DNA from: an uncultured Chloroflexia bacterium
Lineage (GTDB): Bacteria; Chloroflexota; Dehalococcoidia; UBA2979
Direction of reading: 5' to 3'
Assembly: GCA_963728205.1 (NCBI GenBank)
Contig: CAVSIV010000006.1
Location: 160,001 to 224,000, forward strand
DNA: 64,000 nucleotides
Numbering within the stretch: the stretch's first letter is position 1; each line of letters opens with the position of its first letter. The notes under the pieces were generated by a model. It was not told the origin of the DNA, made no database searches, and saw only the letters and a list, made by a program, of their open reading frames with translations. The position numbers and the translations under genes were made by a program. This document shows positions 1 to 11,596 of this stretch, piece after piece.

Positions 1-809
1 CGCGCCGGCGATCGCGATGATGGCCGGGGTCGGCCTCGTCGAGGGGTGGCGCGCGAGCGACGGCCGGCGCGCGGCGGTGCTCCCGCTGTCGCTCGCCGTC
101 GTCGCGGCGTTCGCGTGGTGGGCGGTGCGCATCGAGGCGCCGCTCGCGACGGCGATGCACCGCGCAGCGATCGCGGTCGTCGCGACGTCCGGCGTCGCGG
201 TCGCGTCGCTCGCGATCGCGCGGGCGGCGCCGGCGCGCGGCGTGCTGCGCGCGCTGCCCGCGGTGGCGGTGCTCGCGCTGCCGCTGGTCGCGTCGCTCTG
301 GATCGCGCGCGCGGCGCCGCGCGGCGGGCAGATCACGCGGCCCAACCCGCTCGTCTACGCGACGCGCGACGCGCCGTCGACGGCGCGGCGGCTCGTCCCG
401 GCCGAGGCGATGCTGCGCGCCGCACAGGCCGTCGCGCCGGCTGGCGTCGCGAGCGGCGGCGGCGACGGCGGCAACAGCGCGACCGCGGGGCGCGGGCGCG
501 GGGCCGCGCTACGCGTTCGGCATCGACGGCGTGAACAACGCCGGCGAGGCGATCGCCTACACGGGCGCGTCCGTGCTCCCCGTCTGGAACGAGTACCTGC
601 GCGCGCCGGTGCTGCCGCCCGCGCGGCTCGACGCACTGCTGAGGGCCGGCGACGTCCCGCTGCTGGCGCTGTCGCGCGAGCGCATCGCGACCGGGCAGCT
701 CGCGGACGTCCTCCCCATCGTGCAGCGGAACTGCCGCGCGCTGCCGCGCACCGCCGGCTTCGCGTGGACGCTCTGGACCTGCGGCCCGGCTCCGACGGCC
801 GCGCGCTGA
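1..809 (+). CDS. 3' part of a membrane glycosyltransferase (ArnT/PMT, GT39-like); partial, apparent frameshift near 500-530
   Basis: Hydrophobic helices in the frame of ORF 17; the C-terminal segment in ORF 531-809 resembles the GT39 C-terminal domain. Confidence 0.4.
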
Positions 810-862
810 CGGCGGCGGGTAGGATGCGGCCCGCCACGCGCAGGGCCGTCGGGAGGATCGAG

Positions 863-1252
863 ATGAGCCAGCCCCTGCCCGCCGCCGCCATCGAGCGCCT
901 CGCGCCGTACCGGCCGCTCGAGGACCTGCGCGCCATGCGCGTCGTCACGGAGTCCCCGTGGGCGCGCATCCCGCCGCTGCTCGGCGCCGACGCCACGACG
1001 CTCGGCCACCACGTCCTGATCCGGCCGGACCGCTACCGGCCCGACACCGCCTGGGGCCTCGCGCTGCTGGCCCACGAGTGCGGCCACATCCGCCAGTGGC
1101 GCGAGCTCGGCGTCACCGGCTTCGTCTTCGCGTACGCCCGCGGGCTGCTGACGTCGCGGTTCCGCCACGACGCGCACCCGATGGAGGCGCCGCTCGTCGC
1201 GGAGCAGCGCCGCATCGAGCAGGAGCTGTCCGCCGGCCCGGCGCCGGCATAG
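863..1252 (+). CDS. DUF4157 (eCIS-core-like) zincin domain protein
   Basis: GGAGG RBS; motif ATTLGHHV...ALLAHECGHIRQ (HExxH). Confidence 0.75.
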   Translation: MSQPLPAAAIERLAPYRPLEDLRAMRVVTESPWARIPPLLGADATTLGHHVLIRPDRYRPDTAWGLALLAHECGHIRQWRELGVTGFVFAYARGLLTSRFRHDAHPMEAPLVAEQRRIEQELSAGPAPA

Positions 1253-1293
1253 CCCCGGCGCCCGCGCGGGCGGCAGCGTCTAGGATCGGGCGC

Positions 1294-1923
1294 GTGGACT
1301 CGCCCGCTGCCCCCGCCGACGTCGATCGCCTGCGCCGCCGCCTCAGCCGGTGGCTCGCCGGGGCGGCGGTCGCCCTGCTCATCGCGCTCGCGCTCGCCGG
1401 GCTGGCCGCCCGCCGCGCCGGCGGCGTCGCCCCCGGCGTGCCCGCTCCGCGGTTCGACCTCGCGCTGCTCACCGGCGACGGGCGCGTCACGAACGCCGAC
1501 CTCGCGGGCCGCGTCGCCGTCGTCAACGTGTGGGCGTCGTGGTGCCCGCCCTGCCGCGACGAGGCGCCCGCGCTGCAGCGCGTCTACGCGAGCAGCGACG
1601 CAGCGCGCGTCGCGTTCCTCGGGGTCGCGCACGACGACACCGCGCACGCCGCGCGCGGCTTCCTCGACCGCTTCCATGTGGGCTACGCGAGCGCGCTCGA
1701 CGACGGCTCGTTCGGCGCCGCCTACGGCGTGCGCGGCCTGCCCACGACCTACGTGATCGCCGCCGACGGCACGCTCGTGAGCCGCCACTTCGGCCCGATC
1801 GGCGAGACCGAGCTGCGCGCGCTGATCGCGAGCGCGCTGGCCCGGCCCGCCGCAACGCCCGCGCCGGGCGCGAGCGCCACCGCGCCCGCGGCCGCGGCCG
1901 CGGCCGCGGGCGGCGGGGGATAG
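1294..1923 (+). CDS. TlpA/ResA-type membrane-anchored thiol-disulfide oxidoreductase
   Basis: N-terminal TM helix, VNVWASWCPPCRDE, GLPTT cis-Pro motif; GTG start 7 nt after TAGGAT. Confidence 0.88.
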   Translation: MDSPAAPADVDRLRRRLSRWLAGAAVALLIALALAGLAARRAGGVAPGVPAPRFDLALLTGDGRVTNADLAGRVAVVNVWASWCPPCRDEAPALQRVYASSDAARVAFLGVAHDDTAHAARGFLDRFHVGYASALDDGSFGAAYGVRGLPTTYVIAADGTLVSRHFGPIGETELRALIASALARPAATPAPGASATAPAAAAAAAGGGG

Positions 1924-1927
1924 CGCG

Positions 1928-2674
1928 ATGCCCGAGTTCATCCGGGTGCGCGGCGAGGCGCTCTCGCTGCTCGTGGCGGCGCTGCTGCTCGCGGGGTCGG
2001 CGCGGCCGATTGCCGACCTGCTCGGGCTCGACCGCCGTCGTGTCGGCGACCTCTTCTGGAACGCCGGCGCGGCGTTCGTGATCGCGGGGCGGGTCGCGTA
2101 CCTGGTCGCGGCGTCGCCGCGCAGCCTGGTCGACGCGCTCGTGGTGATCCGCTTCTGGGGCGGCATCGATCCCATCGCCGGCGTGCTCGCCGCCGCCGCG
2201 GCCGGCTGGTGGATCGCGCGCCGCGCGCCGGCGCTGCGCGCGCCGTGGGCCGCGGCGACCGCGCTCGGGCTCGCGGTCGCGACCGTCGGCTACGACGCCG
2301 CGTGCGTCGTCCGCGACGCGTGCTACGGCGCCACCGCCCCGCCGCCGCTCGGGTTCCGCATGTCGGGCCTCGCCGACACGCGGCTCGCCACCCCGCTGGT
2401 CGAGGCCGCCGCCGTGCTGCTCGTGCTCGCCGCGCTGCTCGCCGCGTGGCGGCGGCTCGGCGCCGCGACCGTCGCCGCGTGGACGTTCGCCGCGCTCGCG
2501 CTGCTGCGCGCCGCGCTGACGCCGGCGTCGGTCGCCGGCCGGTCCGCCGTCGACGCCGTGACGTGGCTCACGCTGATCGCCGGCCTCGCCGCGCTCGCCG
2601 CCGGCGCCTGGCTCACACGTCGCGCCCGCCGGCCGGACACCCCCCGGACGAACGGCCCCGCGTCGGCGGGCTGA
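1928..2674 (+). CDS. Lgt-like membrane protein with degenerate motifs
   Basis: Multiple TM helices; GRVAY, WGG and ACYG..PPLG segments resemble prolipoprotein diacylglyceryl transferase. Confidence 0.55.
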   Translation: MPEFIRVRGEALSLLVAALLLAGSARPIADLLGLDRRRVGDLFWNAGAAFVIAGRVAYLVAASPRSLVDALVVIRFWGGIDPIAGVLAAAAAGWWIARRAPALRAPWAAATALGLAVATVGYDAACVVRDACYGATAPPPLGFRMSGLADTRLATPLVEAAAVLLVLAALLAAWRRLGAATVAAWTFAALALLRAALTPASVAGRSAVDAVTWLTLIAGLAALAAGAWLTRRARRPDTPRTNGPASAG

Positions 2675-2770
2675 GCGGGCCGCGCCGTCCCCGCGCCCTC
2701 GCGGCGAAGGCCCCCGCGTCAGTGGGCTGGGGAGCCGCCCCGCCCCCGTCCTCCCGTCGGCGCGCCCGCG

Positions 2771-3592
2771 TCAGCGAGCCGCGCCACCGCCACCGCCATC
2801 CCCACCGCCCCCATCCCTCCGCGGCCGCTCGAGAAACGCGCGCATCCGCGCTCGCGGCTCGTCGCCCGCATACGCCGCGCGGAACGCCGCGATCCCCGCC
2901 TCGATCGCCTCCGCGAGCGGCAGCCGCTCCCACCGCGCGATCAGCGCCTTCTGCGCCCGCATCGCCCGCGGCCCCGCCGCGAGAATCGCCGACACCCGCC
3001 GCTCCACCGCCGCGTCGAGCCCGCCCGCCGGCGCCACCGCCTCCACGAGCCCCGCCGCCAGCGCCTCGGCCGCCCCGATCGCCTCGCCCGTGAACAGCAG
3101 CTCGCGCGTCTTCCCCCACCCGATCAGCGACGGCAGTAGCGCGGCCTCGATCACCGACGGGATCCCGACCCGCACCTCCGGCATGCCGAACGTCGCGTCC
3201 GCCGACGCTATCCGCACGTCGCAGGCCGCCGCGACCTCGAGTCCCGCGCCCAGGCAGTACCCGCTCACGCTCGCGATCACCGGCACCGGGCATGCGCGGA
3301 TCGCCGCGCACGCCTCGTGCAGCCGCGTGATGAACGCCTCCGCCGACGCCGGCTCCAGCCCCACCATCTCGCCGATGTCCGCCCCGCCGATGAACGCCCG
3401 CTCCCCCGCGCCCGCCAGCACCACGACGCGCAGCGCGTCGTCGCCGGCCAGCCCCGTGAACGCCCCGGCCAGCGCGTCGATCAGCGCCCCGTCGAGCACG
3501 TTGAGCCGCGCGCGCCGGTCGACCGTCACGCGCGCCACGCGGCCCTCCGGGCGCTCCTCGATCTCGACCCGCACCTCGCCGTCGCCCGCCAT
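2771..3592 (-). CDS. Enoyl-CoA hydratase/isomerase
   Basis: AFIGGADI, GYCLGAGLE, FGMPEVRVG motifs. Confidence 0.9.
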   Translation of the reverse strand: MAGDGEVRVEIEERPEGRVARVTVDRRARLNVLDGALIDALAGAFTGLAGDDALRVVVLAGAGERAFIGGADIGEMVGLEPASAEAFITRLHEACAAIRACPVPVIASVSGYCLGAGLEVAAACDVRIASADATFGMPEVRVGIPSVIEAALLPSLIGWGKTRELLFTGEAIGAAEALAAGLVEAVAPAGGLDAAVERRVSAILAAGPRAMRAQKALIARWERLPLAEAIEAGIAAFRAAYAGDEPRARMRAFLERPRRDGGGGDGGGGGAAR

Positions 3593-3808
3593 CTCGCCTC
3601 CCCGCAAGCGACGGCCGACATGCCGCCGATGTCCCGGCGGCGTCCGCCGCCGACGCTGCCCGCGCCGCGCCTGCCCGCAGCGCGCGCATCCTATCCGCCA
3701 TCCCGCGCGGCACGGCGGCGCGGCGGCCCGACGGGGGTGGCCCGGCCGCGCCGCCAGCCCCTACGCTCGATCGGTTGCCGCCGAGCAGGCGGCCCGAGCG
3801 GAGGCCCC

Positions 3809-5020
3809 GTGACCGTCGAGATCCGTCCGATCACCGCCGACGAGCTGGTCGACTACCGGCGCGTGTGGTCCTACGTCTTCGCGGAGAACAGCGTCGACCC
3901 GACCGACGTGAGCGACGACTGGACGCAGCCCGAGTGGACGCTGTGCGCGTTCGTCGACGGCCGCATCGCGTCCACGATGGGCGCCTACCCGTTCACGATG
4001 CGCTGGAACGGCGCGCCGGTCGCGGCCGCCGGCATCACCGCCGTGGGCACGCTCCCCGAGTACCGCCGCCGCGGCCTGCTGCGCAGCGTCATGACGCATG
4101 CGCTGCGCGATCAGCGCGAACGCGGGCAGTCCATCGCGATCCTCTGGGCGAGCATGGGCGCGATCTACCAGCGGTTCGGCTACGGCCTCGCGAGCAGCGT
4201 CGTCCGCTACGACGTCGCGCCGCGCGACGCCGTCTTCCAGCAGCCGGCCGAGCCCACGGGCGGCGTCCACCTCACCCCGCAGGCCGAGGCGCGCGACGTC
4301 ATCGAGGGCGTCTACGCCGAGTACGCCGCGCCGCGCAACGTCATGCTCCACCGCTCGTCCTGGATGTGGGACAACCAGTTCCGCGAGCGCGAGAAGCGAC
4401 GGCGCTACGTCGGCGTCTATCGCGACGGCGACGATCGCCCCTCCGGTTATGTCATCTATTCGACTCGCGAGGAGCCCGTCCACTTCGAGCCGGCGCCCGA
4501 CCAGGTGATGGAGGTGCACGACTTCGTCGCGCTCGACCTCGACGCCTACCGCGGTCTCTGGGCGTACCTGCGGGCGCACGACCTGGTGGCGCGCGTGCAG
4601 ATGGCGGTCCCCGAGGACGACCCCGCGCCGGCGCTGCTGCTCGAGCCGCGCGTGCTCCGCCGCCGCGCCGGCGACGGCATCTGGATGCGCATCGTCGACG
4701 TCGAGCGCGCGCTGCCGCAGCGGCCGTACGGCGACGCCGGTGCGCTCACGCTGCGCGTGCACGACGACGTCTGCGACTGGAACGACGCGACGTTCCGCCT
4801 CGAGACCGACGGCGCGGACACGACGGTCGCGCGCACCGACCGCCACGAGCCCGACCTCGTGCTGCCGGCGCGCAGCCTCTCGATGCTCGCGAGCGGCTAC
4901 GCCTCCGCCACGCACCTCGCGCGCTGGGGCCTCGCCGAGACGCGCGAGTCCGCCTCGCTCCGCCTCGCGGATCGCCTCTTCGCGACGGAGTACCGGGGGT
5001 ACTGCCCGGACGGGTTCTAG
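3809..5020 (+). CDS. Eis-like GNAT acetyltransferase with C-terminal SCP2-like domain
   Basis: VGTLPEYRRRGL acetyl-CoA motif, IYQRFGYG, C-terminal CPDGF; GGAGG RBS before GTG. Confidence 0.88.
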   Translation: MTVEIRPITADELVDYRRVWSYVFAENSVDPTDVSDDWTQPEWTLCAFVDGRIASTMGAYPFTMRWNGAPVAAAGITAVGTLPEYRRRGLLRSVMTHALRDQRERGQSIAILWASMGAIYQRFGYGLASSVVRYDVAPRDAVFQQPAEPTGGVHLTPQAEARDVIEGVYAEYAAPRNVMLHRSSWMWDNQFREREKRRRYVGVYRDGDDRPSGYVIYSTREEPVHFEPAPDQVMEVHDFVALDLDAYRGLWAYLRAHDLVARVQMAVPEDDPAPALLLEPRVLRRRAGDGIWMRIVDVERALPQRPYGDAGALTLRVHDDVCDWNDATFRLETDGADTTVARTDRHEPDLVLPARSLSMLASGYASATHLARWGLAETRESASLRLADRLFATEYRGYCPDGF

Positions 5021-5131
5021 ATCCGTCCGCCCAACCACACGGGGTCGCGCCCTCGCGGGCCGCGCTGGCATCGGCGGCGTGTCTGCCGCCGCTTGCCGCG
5101 GACTCGACGAAGTCCGCCGCCCGCCGCGCGC

Positions 5132-6259
5132 CTACCAGCGCGTGATGCCGAGCACGCCCTCGTAGCGATCGAGCATCGCGTCGGCGCGCGCGACCAGCAC
5201 GCCCGCGCCGTGCGTCAGTGCCGCCGCGAGCAGGTCCTCGATCGCCGCGCCGTCCAGCGTCGACGCGTGCTTGCGCGCGTCGCGCGCGACGCCGAAATGC
5301 GTGATCGCGGCCTCGTGCACGAGCAACGTCCCGAGCTGGCCGCGCTCCGCCGCCTCGCGCGCCGCGCCAATCCCGGACACCGCCTGGTCGCGGAAGTCGC
5401 CGGCGAGCCAGCGCTCCGCCTCGCGGTCGGCCATCGCCTGCTGCGCGTCCGCCGCCAGCGCCATCGCCATGTCGGCGATCTCGGCGTCCGTCAGCTGCGG
5501 ATGGATGTCGGGCGTCTGCACGGCGCGCTCCGCGAGGCCCGGCGGCAGCCGCTTCATGAGGTCCGCGCGCGGCTCGTCCGCGCCGGCGATCAGCAGGATG
5601 TCGTCGCGGCCCACGAACTCCTGGAGCCGCGCCGCCTCGTCGGCCGCGAACTGCGTGCGGTGCGCGAGGATCTGCTTCTCAATCCGCGACCGCGAGTGGC
5701 CGCCGGCCGCGCCCTCGCCGGCCGACGCGACGCGCCCTTCGACGTTCGTCCGGCCGTGCGCCGACCCCAGCTCGCTCTCGTCGTGCTGCACGACGGCGGT
5801 CGCCTCGACGACGCCGTAGTGCACGCGCATCGCGTGCATCGCGGTCAGGTCGGTCGCGACCACGGATACCGGCCGGCGCGTGAGCATGTCGAAACGCACC
5901 AGCTCGAAGAGCGCCGGCGTGAGCGCGAGCGCCGCGGAGTTGCGGAACGGCTGCGCCGTTTCGACCTCGACGCGCAGGTCCCCCGCGGCGCTGCCCGCGT
6001 AGAAGAGGCCGCGCGCGCCGGCCGCAAGCCCGCGTTCCATCGCCGCCTCCACCGCCGCCTCGTCGGCCTCTACCGCGCGACGCACGTCGTGCTCGAGCGA
6101 GTGGCCCGCCTCGGCCTCGCGCAGCATCTCCTTCAGCACCTGGCGCGCCGACGGGATGCCGTCGGTGCCCGGCCCAAGGTCCAGCGACACGGTCAGCACG
6201 AGGTGCCCGCCGGCGGTCCGTCCCGGCAGCTCGCGGCAGAGTTGTTCGATGCGGTTCAT
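5132..6259 (-). CDS. baeRF1-family (aeRF1/Pelota-like) protein
   Basis: Three-domain layout with GGHS loop, LLIAG, AVSG...GQLGTLLV and C-terminal GVLGITRW. Confidence 0.7.
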   Translation of the reverse strand: MNRIEQLCRELPGRTAGGHLVLTVSLDLGPGTDGIPSARQVLKEMLREAEAGHSLEHDVRRAVEADEAAVEAAMERGLAAGARGLFYAGSAAGDLRVEVETAQPFRNSAALALTPALFELVRFDMLTRRPVSVVATDLTAMHAMRVHYGVVEATAVVQHDESELGSAHGRTNVEGRVASAGEGAAGGHSRSRIEKQILAHRTQFAADEAARLQEFVGRDDILLIAGADEPRADLMKRLPPGLAERAVQTPDIHPQLTDAEIADMAMALAADAQQAMADREAERWLAGDFRDQAVSGIGAAREAAERGQLGTLLVHEAAITHFGVARDARKHASTLDGAAIEDLLAAALTHGAGVLVARADAMLDRYEGVLGITRW

Positions 6260-6511
6260 CGCGCGCTCCATCTCTCGCCCGGCCGCGACCCGCGCGGCCA
6301 ATCCATCCAACTCCCACGCTACGCGGGCCGATCGAGCGCGGCAGCGGGCGAACGTCAGCCGATGCGCCGGACGTGTGCGTCGCCTCCGCAAGCGGCGGCA
6401 GACACGCCGCCGATGTCGACGGCGGCAACTGCCGCCAATCCAGATCGGCGGCCGACCGCCGCCGATGGAGTCGGCGGCGTATCTGCCGCCGCTTGCGTCT
6501 GATCGCGGAGG

Positions 6512-9500
6512 TCAGCCCCGGTCGTCCGCCTCGTCCAGCGCGAGGTCGGCGCCGTGCCGCAGCGTCCGCACGGCCACCGCCTTCGCCCAGGCGAACCGGC
6601 GCGGGAACCCCGGCTCGCGCGGCTGCGGGCCGTCGAGCGGCGAGAGCAGCGCCTTGAGCGACCGCTGCCGCGGCGCAGTTGGTCCCAGCCGCCGGTAGAC
6701 CGCGTCGGCCAGCGCGCCGGCGGCGTCGGTCGCGACGAACGCGACGTCCGGCGACTCGGCGAGCGTGAGCAGCGCGCCCGGCGCGTCGCCGGCCGCGGCG
6801 AGCGCGCCCGGCGGCGCGCCGGCCTCGCGCAGCGCGTCCACCACCGGCGCCAGCGCCGGCGACGCGACGACGCACACCGCGTTGCCGGCGAGCAGCGGCG
6901 CCGCCAGCCACCACGCCGCATCGGCGCCCGTCGCGTGCACGAGCCCGAGTCCGCGCGCCGGCCCGAAGCGCAGCTCGTTGTGCTGGCCCGCGACCGGCAG
7001 CGTCGGCAGCGCGCGGTCGAGCTCACGGCGCGCCGACTGCGCGGCGTCGAGCAGCCGTCCCGCCGCCACCGCCTCGCCGCGCGCGCCGAGCAGCGCGGCG
7101 GCGCCCTCCACGACCGCGACGCGACGCTCGAACGGGGCGTCCCATCGCTTCGCGAGCTCCGCCGGCAGCGCGGCGGCGACCGGCGCGGTCGCCGCCGGCC
7201 CGGCGCCCGCGGACGGATCGCCCGCGTCGGCGGCGTCGGCCCGCCGCGTGAACGCCCACAGGTAGTCTGGCCCGCCGGCCTTCGGCCCGGTGCCCGACAT
7301 CCACATCCCGCCGAACGGCTCCACGCCGACGCGCGAGCCGGTGATCGACCGATTCACGTAGATGTTGCCGGCCTCGAGCGCGCGCACCGCGCGGGCCACC
7401 GTCCGCGGGCTGCGCGAGAACACGCCCGCCGTCAGCCCGTACTCCGTCGCGTTCGCCAGGCGGTACGCCTGCTGTTCGTCGTCGAAGGGCACGAGCAGCA
7501 GGATCGGCCCGAACAGCTCCTCGGTGGCCGTCGTCCCGCGCGTCGCGCGCTCGGGCGGCAGCGTCGACGATCAGCGGCGCGAGGTTCAGGTTCTCGGCCG
7601 CCGGCGAGGGGCCGGTGAAGCGGTCGAGCAGCACCTCGCACTCGCCCCGCGCGCGGTCGGCGGCGGCGAGCAGCCGCATGTCGCGTCGCGGTCGATCACG
7701 GGGTTCACCTGCGTCGACGGGTCGTCGGCGCGCCCGACGTGCAGGCTGCGCGCGGCCTCGACCAGCCGCCGCCGCAGCCGCGCGAACACCGGCCGCTCGA
7801 CGTAGACGCGCGACGCCGCGGAGCACCGCTGGTTCGCGTGCCCGAACGCCGACGCGAGGATGCCCGACACCGCCTCGTCGAGGTCGGCGTCGGCGAACAC
7901 GATCACCGGGTTCTTGCCGCCCATCTCCGCGACGAGCGCCTTCACGCCCCCGCCGGGCGCGCCCGGCGTGCCGCCCCCGGCGAGCTCGATGCCGGCCACC
8001 GTCGCGTGCAGCGCGGTGCCCACCGCGCGCGAGCCGGTGAACGCGACCATCGCGACCTCCGGGCTCTCCGCCAGCGCGGCGCCCACCGTCTCGCCGCGAC
8101 CCGGCAGCCACGTCACGACGTCGCGCGGCACGCCGGCCTCGTGCAGCAGCGCGACCAGCCGCCCGGCGATCAGCGGCGTCTGCTCCGCGGGCTTGAGGAT
8201 CGCCGTGTTGCCGCACACCAGCGCCGCGCTCGTCATCCCGCACGGGATCGACAGCGAGAAGTTCCACGGCGGGATCACCGCGACGACACCGCGCGGCGCC
8301 AGCGCGTCGCCGTGCCGCGCGAACAGCGCCGCGGCCTGCATCGCGTAGTAGCGAAGGAAGTCGATCGTCTCCTCGACCTCCGCGTAAGCGGCTGCGCGGT
8401 CGCGACCGCCCTCGTGCACGATCCACGCCGCGAACGTGTGGCGGCGCTCCCACAGCAGGTCCGCCGCGCGGCGCAGCGCGGCCGCTCGCTGCGGGGCGGG
8501 CGTCGCGGCCCACGCCGGCAGCGCGGCGCCGGCCACGGCGATCGCGCGCGCCACCCCCGCGCGCCCCGCGAGCTCGACCTCGCCGATCGGCGGCCCGTCG
8601 GGGTGCGACGGGCTGTGCACCGCGACCGTCTCCGCCGCCGGCTCCCGCTCGCCGACGATCACGAGCAGCGTCCGGCCGCCCCACTCCGCGCGCGTCGCCG
8701 CGAGCGCCGCCTCGAACGCCGCGCGGTGCTCGGCGCGGAACCACGGCGCGGACGGCGCGCGCTGGAAGTCGCCCGCGTCGCGCGGCTCCTCGGGCGGCTC
8801 CGGCTCGCCGTGCGGCGGCGGCCGCAGCAGCTCGTCGTCCGATACGCCGCTGCGGCTCTGCAGCAGGAACCCCGCCTGCGACGAGTTCTCGAGCACGCGC
8901 CGCACCAGGTACGCCATCCCCGGCAGCAGCTCGCCGACCGGCACGTAGTCGCGCGCCACCCAGCCGAGACGCGCGAGACCCTCGCTCATGCCCTCGGCGG
9001 TGCGATAGAGCGTCTGGTGCTCGAGCGCCGCCGCCGGCAGCCCGTGCGCCTCGGCCAGCGCATGCGCTACGGCGTGCGACCGGGCGTTGTGGCTGCCGAC
9101 CGCCAGCCGCAGGCTCGGCCACGCGCCGAGCAGCACCGGCAGCACGCGCTCGAACTGCGCGTCGGTGTCGCCCTTGCGCGCGAACACCGGCGACGGCCAC
9201 TTCGCCTCGCGCGCGACAATCGTCTCGTAGTCCCAGTACGCGCCCTTCACGAGCCGCACCTGGAACGGCGCGCCCCGCTCGCGCGCGAAGTCCGCGACCG
9301 CGGCGGCGTGCGTGTCGGCGTCGCGCAGGTACGCCTGCACGACGACCCCGGCGCCCTCCCACGCGCCGAACCGCTCGCCACGCCCGAACGTCGCGCGGAA
9401 CACGTCCCAGGTGAGGTCGCGGTAGGCGTACTGCTCCATGTCGACGGTGATGCCGACCCCGGCGTGCTCCGCCGCCTCGCGAATCGCCTCGAGCGCCGGT

Positions 9501-10145
9501 CGCACACGGCGCACGGTCCCCTCCGGGTCGACCGGCGTGAACAGCGACGTCAGCGAGGTGAGCTTGAGCGACACCTGCAGCTGCGCGACGCCGCCGGCCG
9601 TCACCTGCCCCGCCTCCGGCCGGCCGCCCAATTGCTCGAATCAGCCGCAGGTACGCCTCGACGTACGCGCGCGCCTCGGCCTCGCTCAGCACCGCCTCGC
9701 CGAGCAGGTCGAACGACGGGTGCCGCCCCGCCGCGGCCAGGGCGTCGAGCGTGCGTGCCACGGTCGCGTCGCCGGGCGGCGTGATGAAGCGCCGCGCGAA
9801 CACCTCCGCCGACCGCCGCGCCGTCTCGCCGACCACCGCCGCCGGCAGGCGGTCGTCGCGGCCGATGCGCAGCAGCCAGCGCAGCGCGCGCGGCAGGCCG
9901 GGGAAGTCGTCGCCGAAGTACTCCTGCGCGAGGCGCTTCGCCTCCTCGCCGCCGCGGTCGTAGTCGAGCGAGGCAAGGACGTCCATGTAGCGCAGCAGGC
10001 GCGTGCGGAAGCGGTCGTCCGCGACGGCGCGCGTGAGCAGCCAGTCCTCGATGCGCTCGGCGGCGCCGGGCCGGTACGCGCGCGCCGCGTCGAGCAGCAG
10101 CCGCCCGACGGCCTGGGTGCGCGCTTCCGTGTCGTCGTCCGCCAC
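6512..10145 (-). CDS. putA: Bifunctional proline dehydrogenase/P5C dehydrogenase, split by frameshifts
   Basis: FDLLGEAVLS, VDME, VRLVKGAYWDYE, AYLVRRVLEN, PWNF, EMGGKN, QRCSA, YGLTAG distributed over ORFs 7023-10262, 7586-9631 and 6512-7492. Confidence 0.88.
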
Positions 10146-10378
10146 GTGCCCTCCAGGGCGAGGATAGCGGCCGGCCCGAGGCGAGCAGGGCGGCGTCAGC
10201 CCCTGTTTCCGTCGAGCGCGCCGGTCCGGCATGCGCCGCCGCACCGCCGCCGCCGCGCGCAACGCGTCGTGCCGTCCTGCTGCCGCGTCGGCCCGCGCCG
10301 CCCGGAAACCGGGTGCTCACGCCACCGGCGCGCCGCGGGGCGCCTCGTACACTGACCACCGCACGGAAAGGACCCCTG

Positions 10379-11396
10379 ATGGAATATCGCAACCTCGGAC
10401 GCACCGGGGTGAAGGTCAGCCCCCTCTGCCTCGGCTGCATGATGTTCGGCGGCCGCACGACCCCGGACGACTCGTACGCGATCATCGACCGCGCGCTCGA
10501 CGCCGGCATCAACTTCATCGACACCGCCAACGTCTACAGCCGCGGCCGCAGCGAGGAGGCCGTCGGCGAGGCGCTCAAGCGCAACGGCAAGCGCGACCGC
10601 GTCGTCCTCGCCACGAAGGTCCACGGCCAGCATGGACGACGACGACCCGAACGCGCAGGGGCAATCAGCCGCCGCCACATCATCGAGCAGTGCGAGGCGA
10701 GCCTCACGCCGCCTGCAGACCGACTACATCGACCTCTACCAGCTCCACCGGCCCGATCCCGACATCGCCGATCGACGAGACGCTGCGGGCGCTCGACGAC
10801 CTCGTGCGCGCCGGCAAGGTCCGCTACATCGGCACGAGCACGTTCGCCGCGTGGCAGGTCGTGGAGGCGCTCTGGGTCGTCGAAGGAGCTCGGGCTGAAC
10901 CGCTTCGTCTGCGAGCAGCCGCCGTACAACCTGCTCGACCGGCGCATCGAGCGCGAGCTGCTGCCGATGGCGCAGACCTACGGCATGGCGACGATCCCGT
11001 GGAGCCCGCTCGCCGGCGGGCTGCTCACCGGCAAGTACCGCCGCGGCAACGCCGCCGCCCGAGGACAGCCGCTACGACGCGACGAGCAACCCCATGCGCC
11101 AGCGCCGCATGAACGAGCACGTCTTCGACGTCGTCGAGGCGCTGGAGCCGTCGGCGCAGGAGAAGGGCGCGACGCTGGCGCAGTTCGCGCTGGCGTGGGT
11201 GCTGCACCAGCCCGGCGTCACGAGCCCGATCATCGGCCCGCGCACGATGGAGCAGCTCGAGGACAACCTCGGCGCGCTCGAGGTGGAGATCACGGACGAG
11301 GACCGCGAGCGCATCGACCACGCGTCGGCGCCCGGCCGCACGATCGCGCCGTTCTACGAGGCGCCGTTCGGCCCGCACCCGCACCGCGTGCTGTAG
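10379..11396 (+). CDS. Aldo/keto reductase, split by several frameshifts
   Basis: [54 protein letters not shown] in alternating frames. Confidence 0.88.
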
Positions 11397-11425
11397 CCAG
11401 GTCCGCGCGCCCAACGTGACCGGCG

Positions 11426-11514
11426 TCGAGCGGCACCAGGCAGGGTGCCGATCGCGCCCGACCGCGTCGCTCGCTCGCGCCCGTGCGATCGGCAGCCTGC
11501 CTGCTGCCGCTCGA
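11426..11514. repeat. REP-like inverted pair, family TCGAGCGGCACC-n6-GGTGCCG(C/A)TCG
   Basis: Two hairpins; related copies at 52506-52586. Confidence 0.6.
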
Positions 11515-11596
11515 ACCACCATCGGGGTTGCCCGCCCCCGCGCCATCGCTCAGGCTGTAAGCCGGCGGGGCCGCCAGCGGCGGGTCGGGAGGCGGC

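Noticed and set aside
863-1252. Contractile injection system locus
   Set aside because: Only a lone short DUF4157-like gene is present, with no sheath, tube or baseplate genes.
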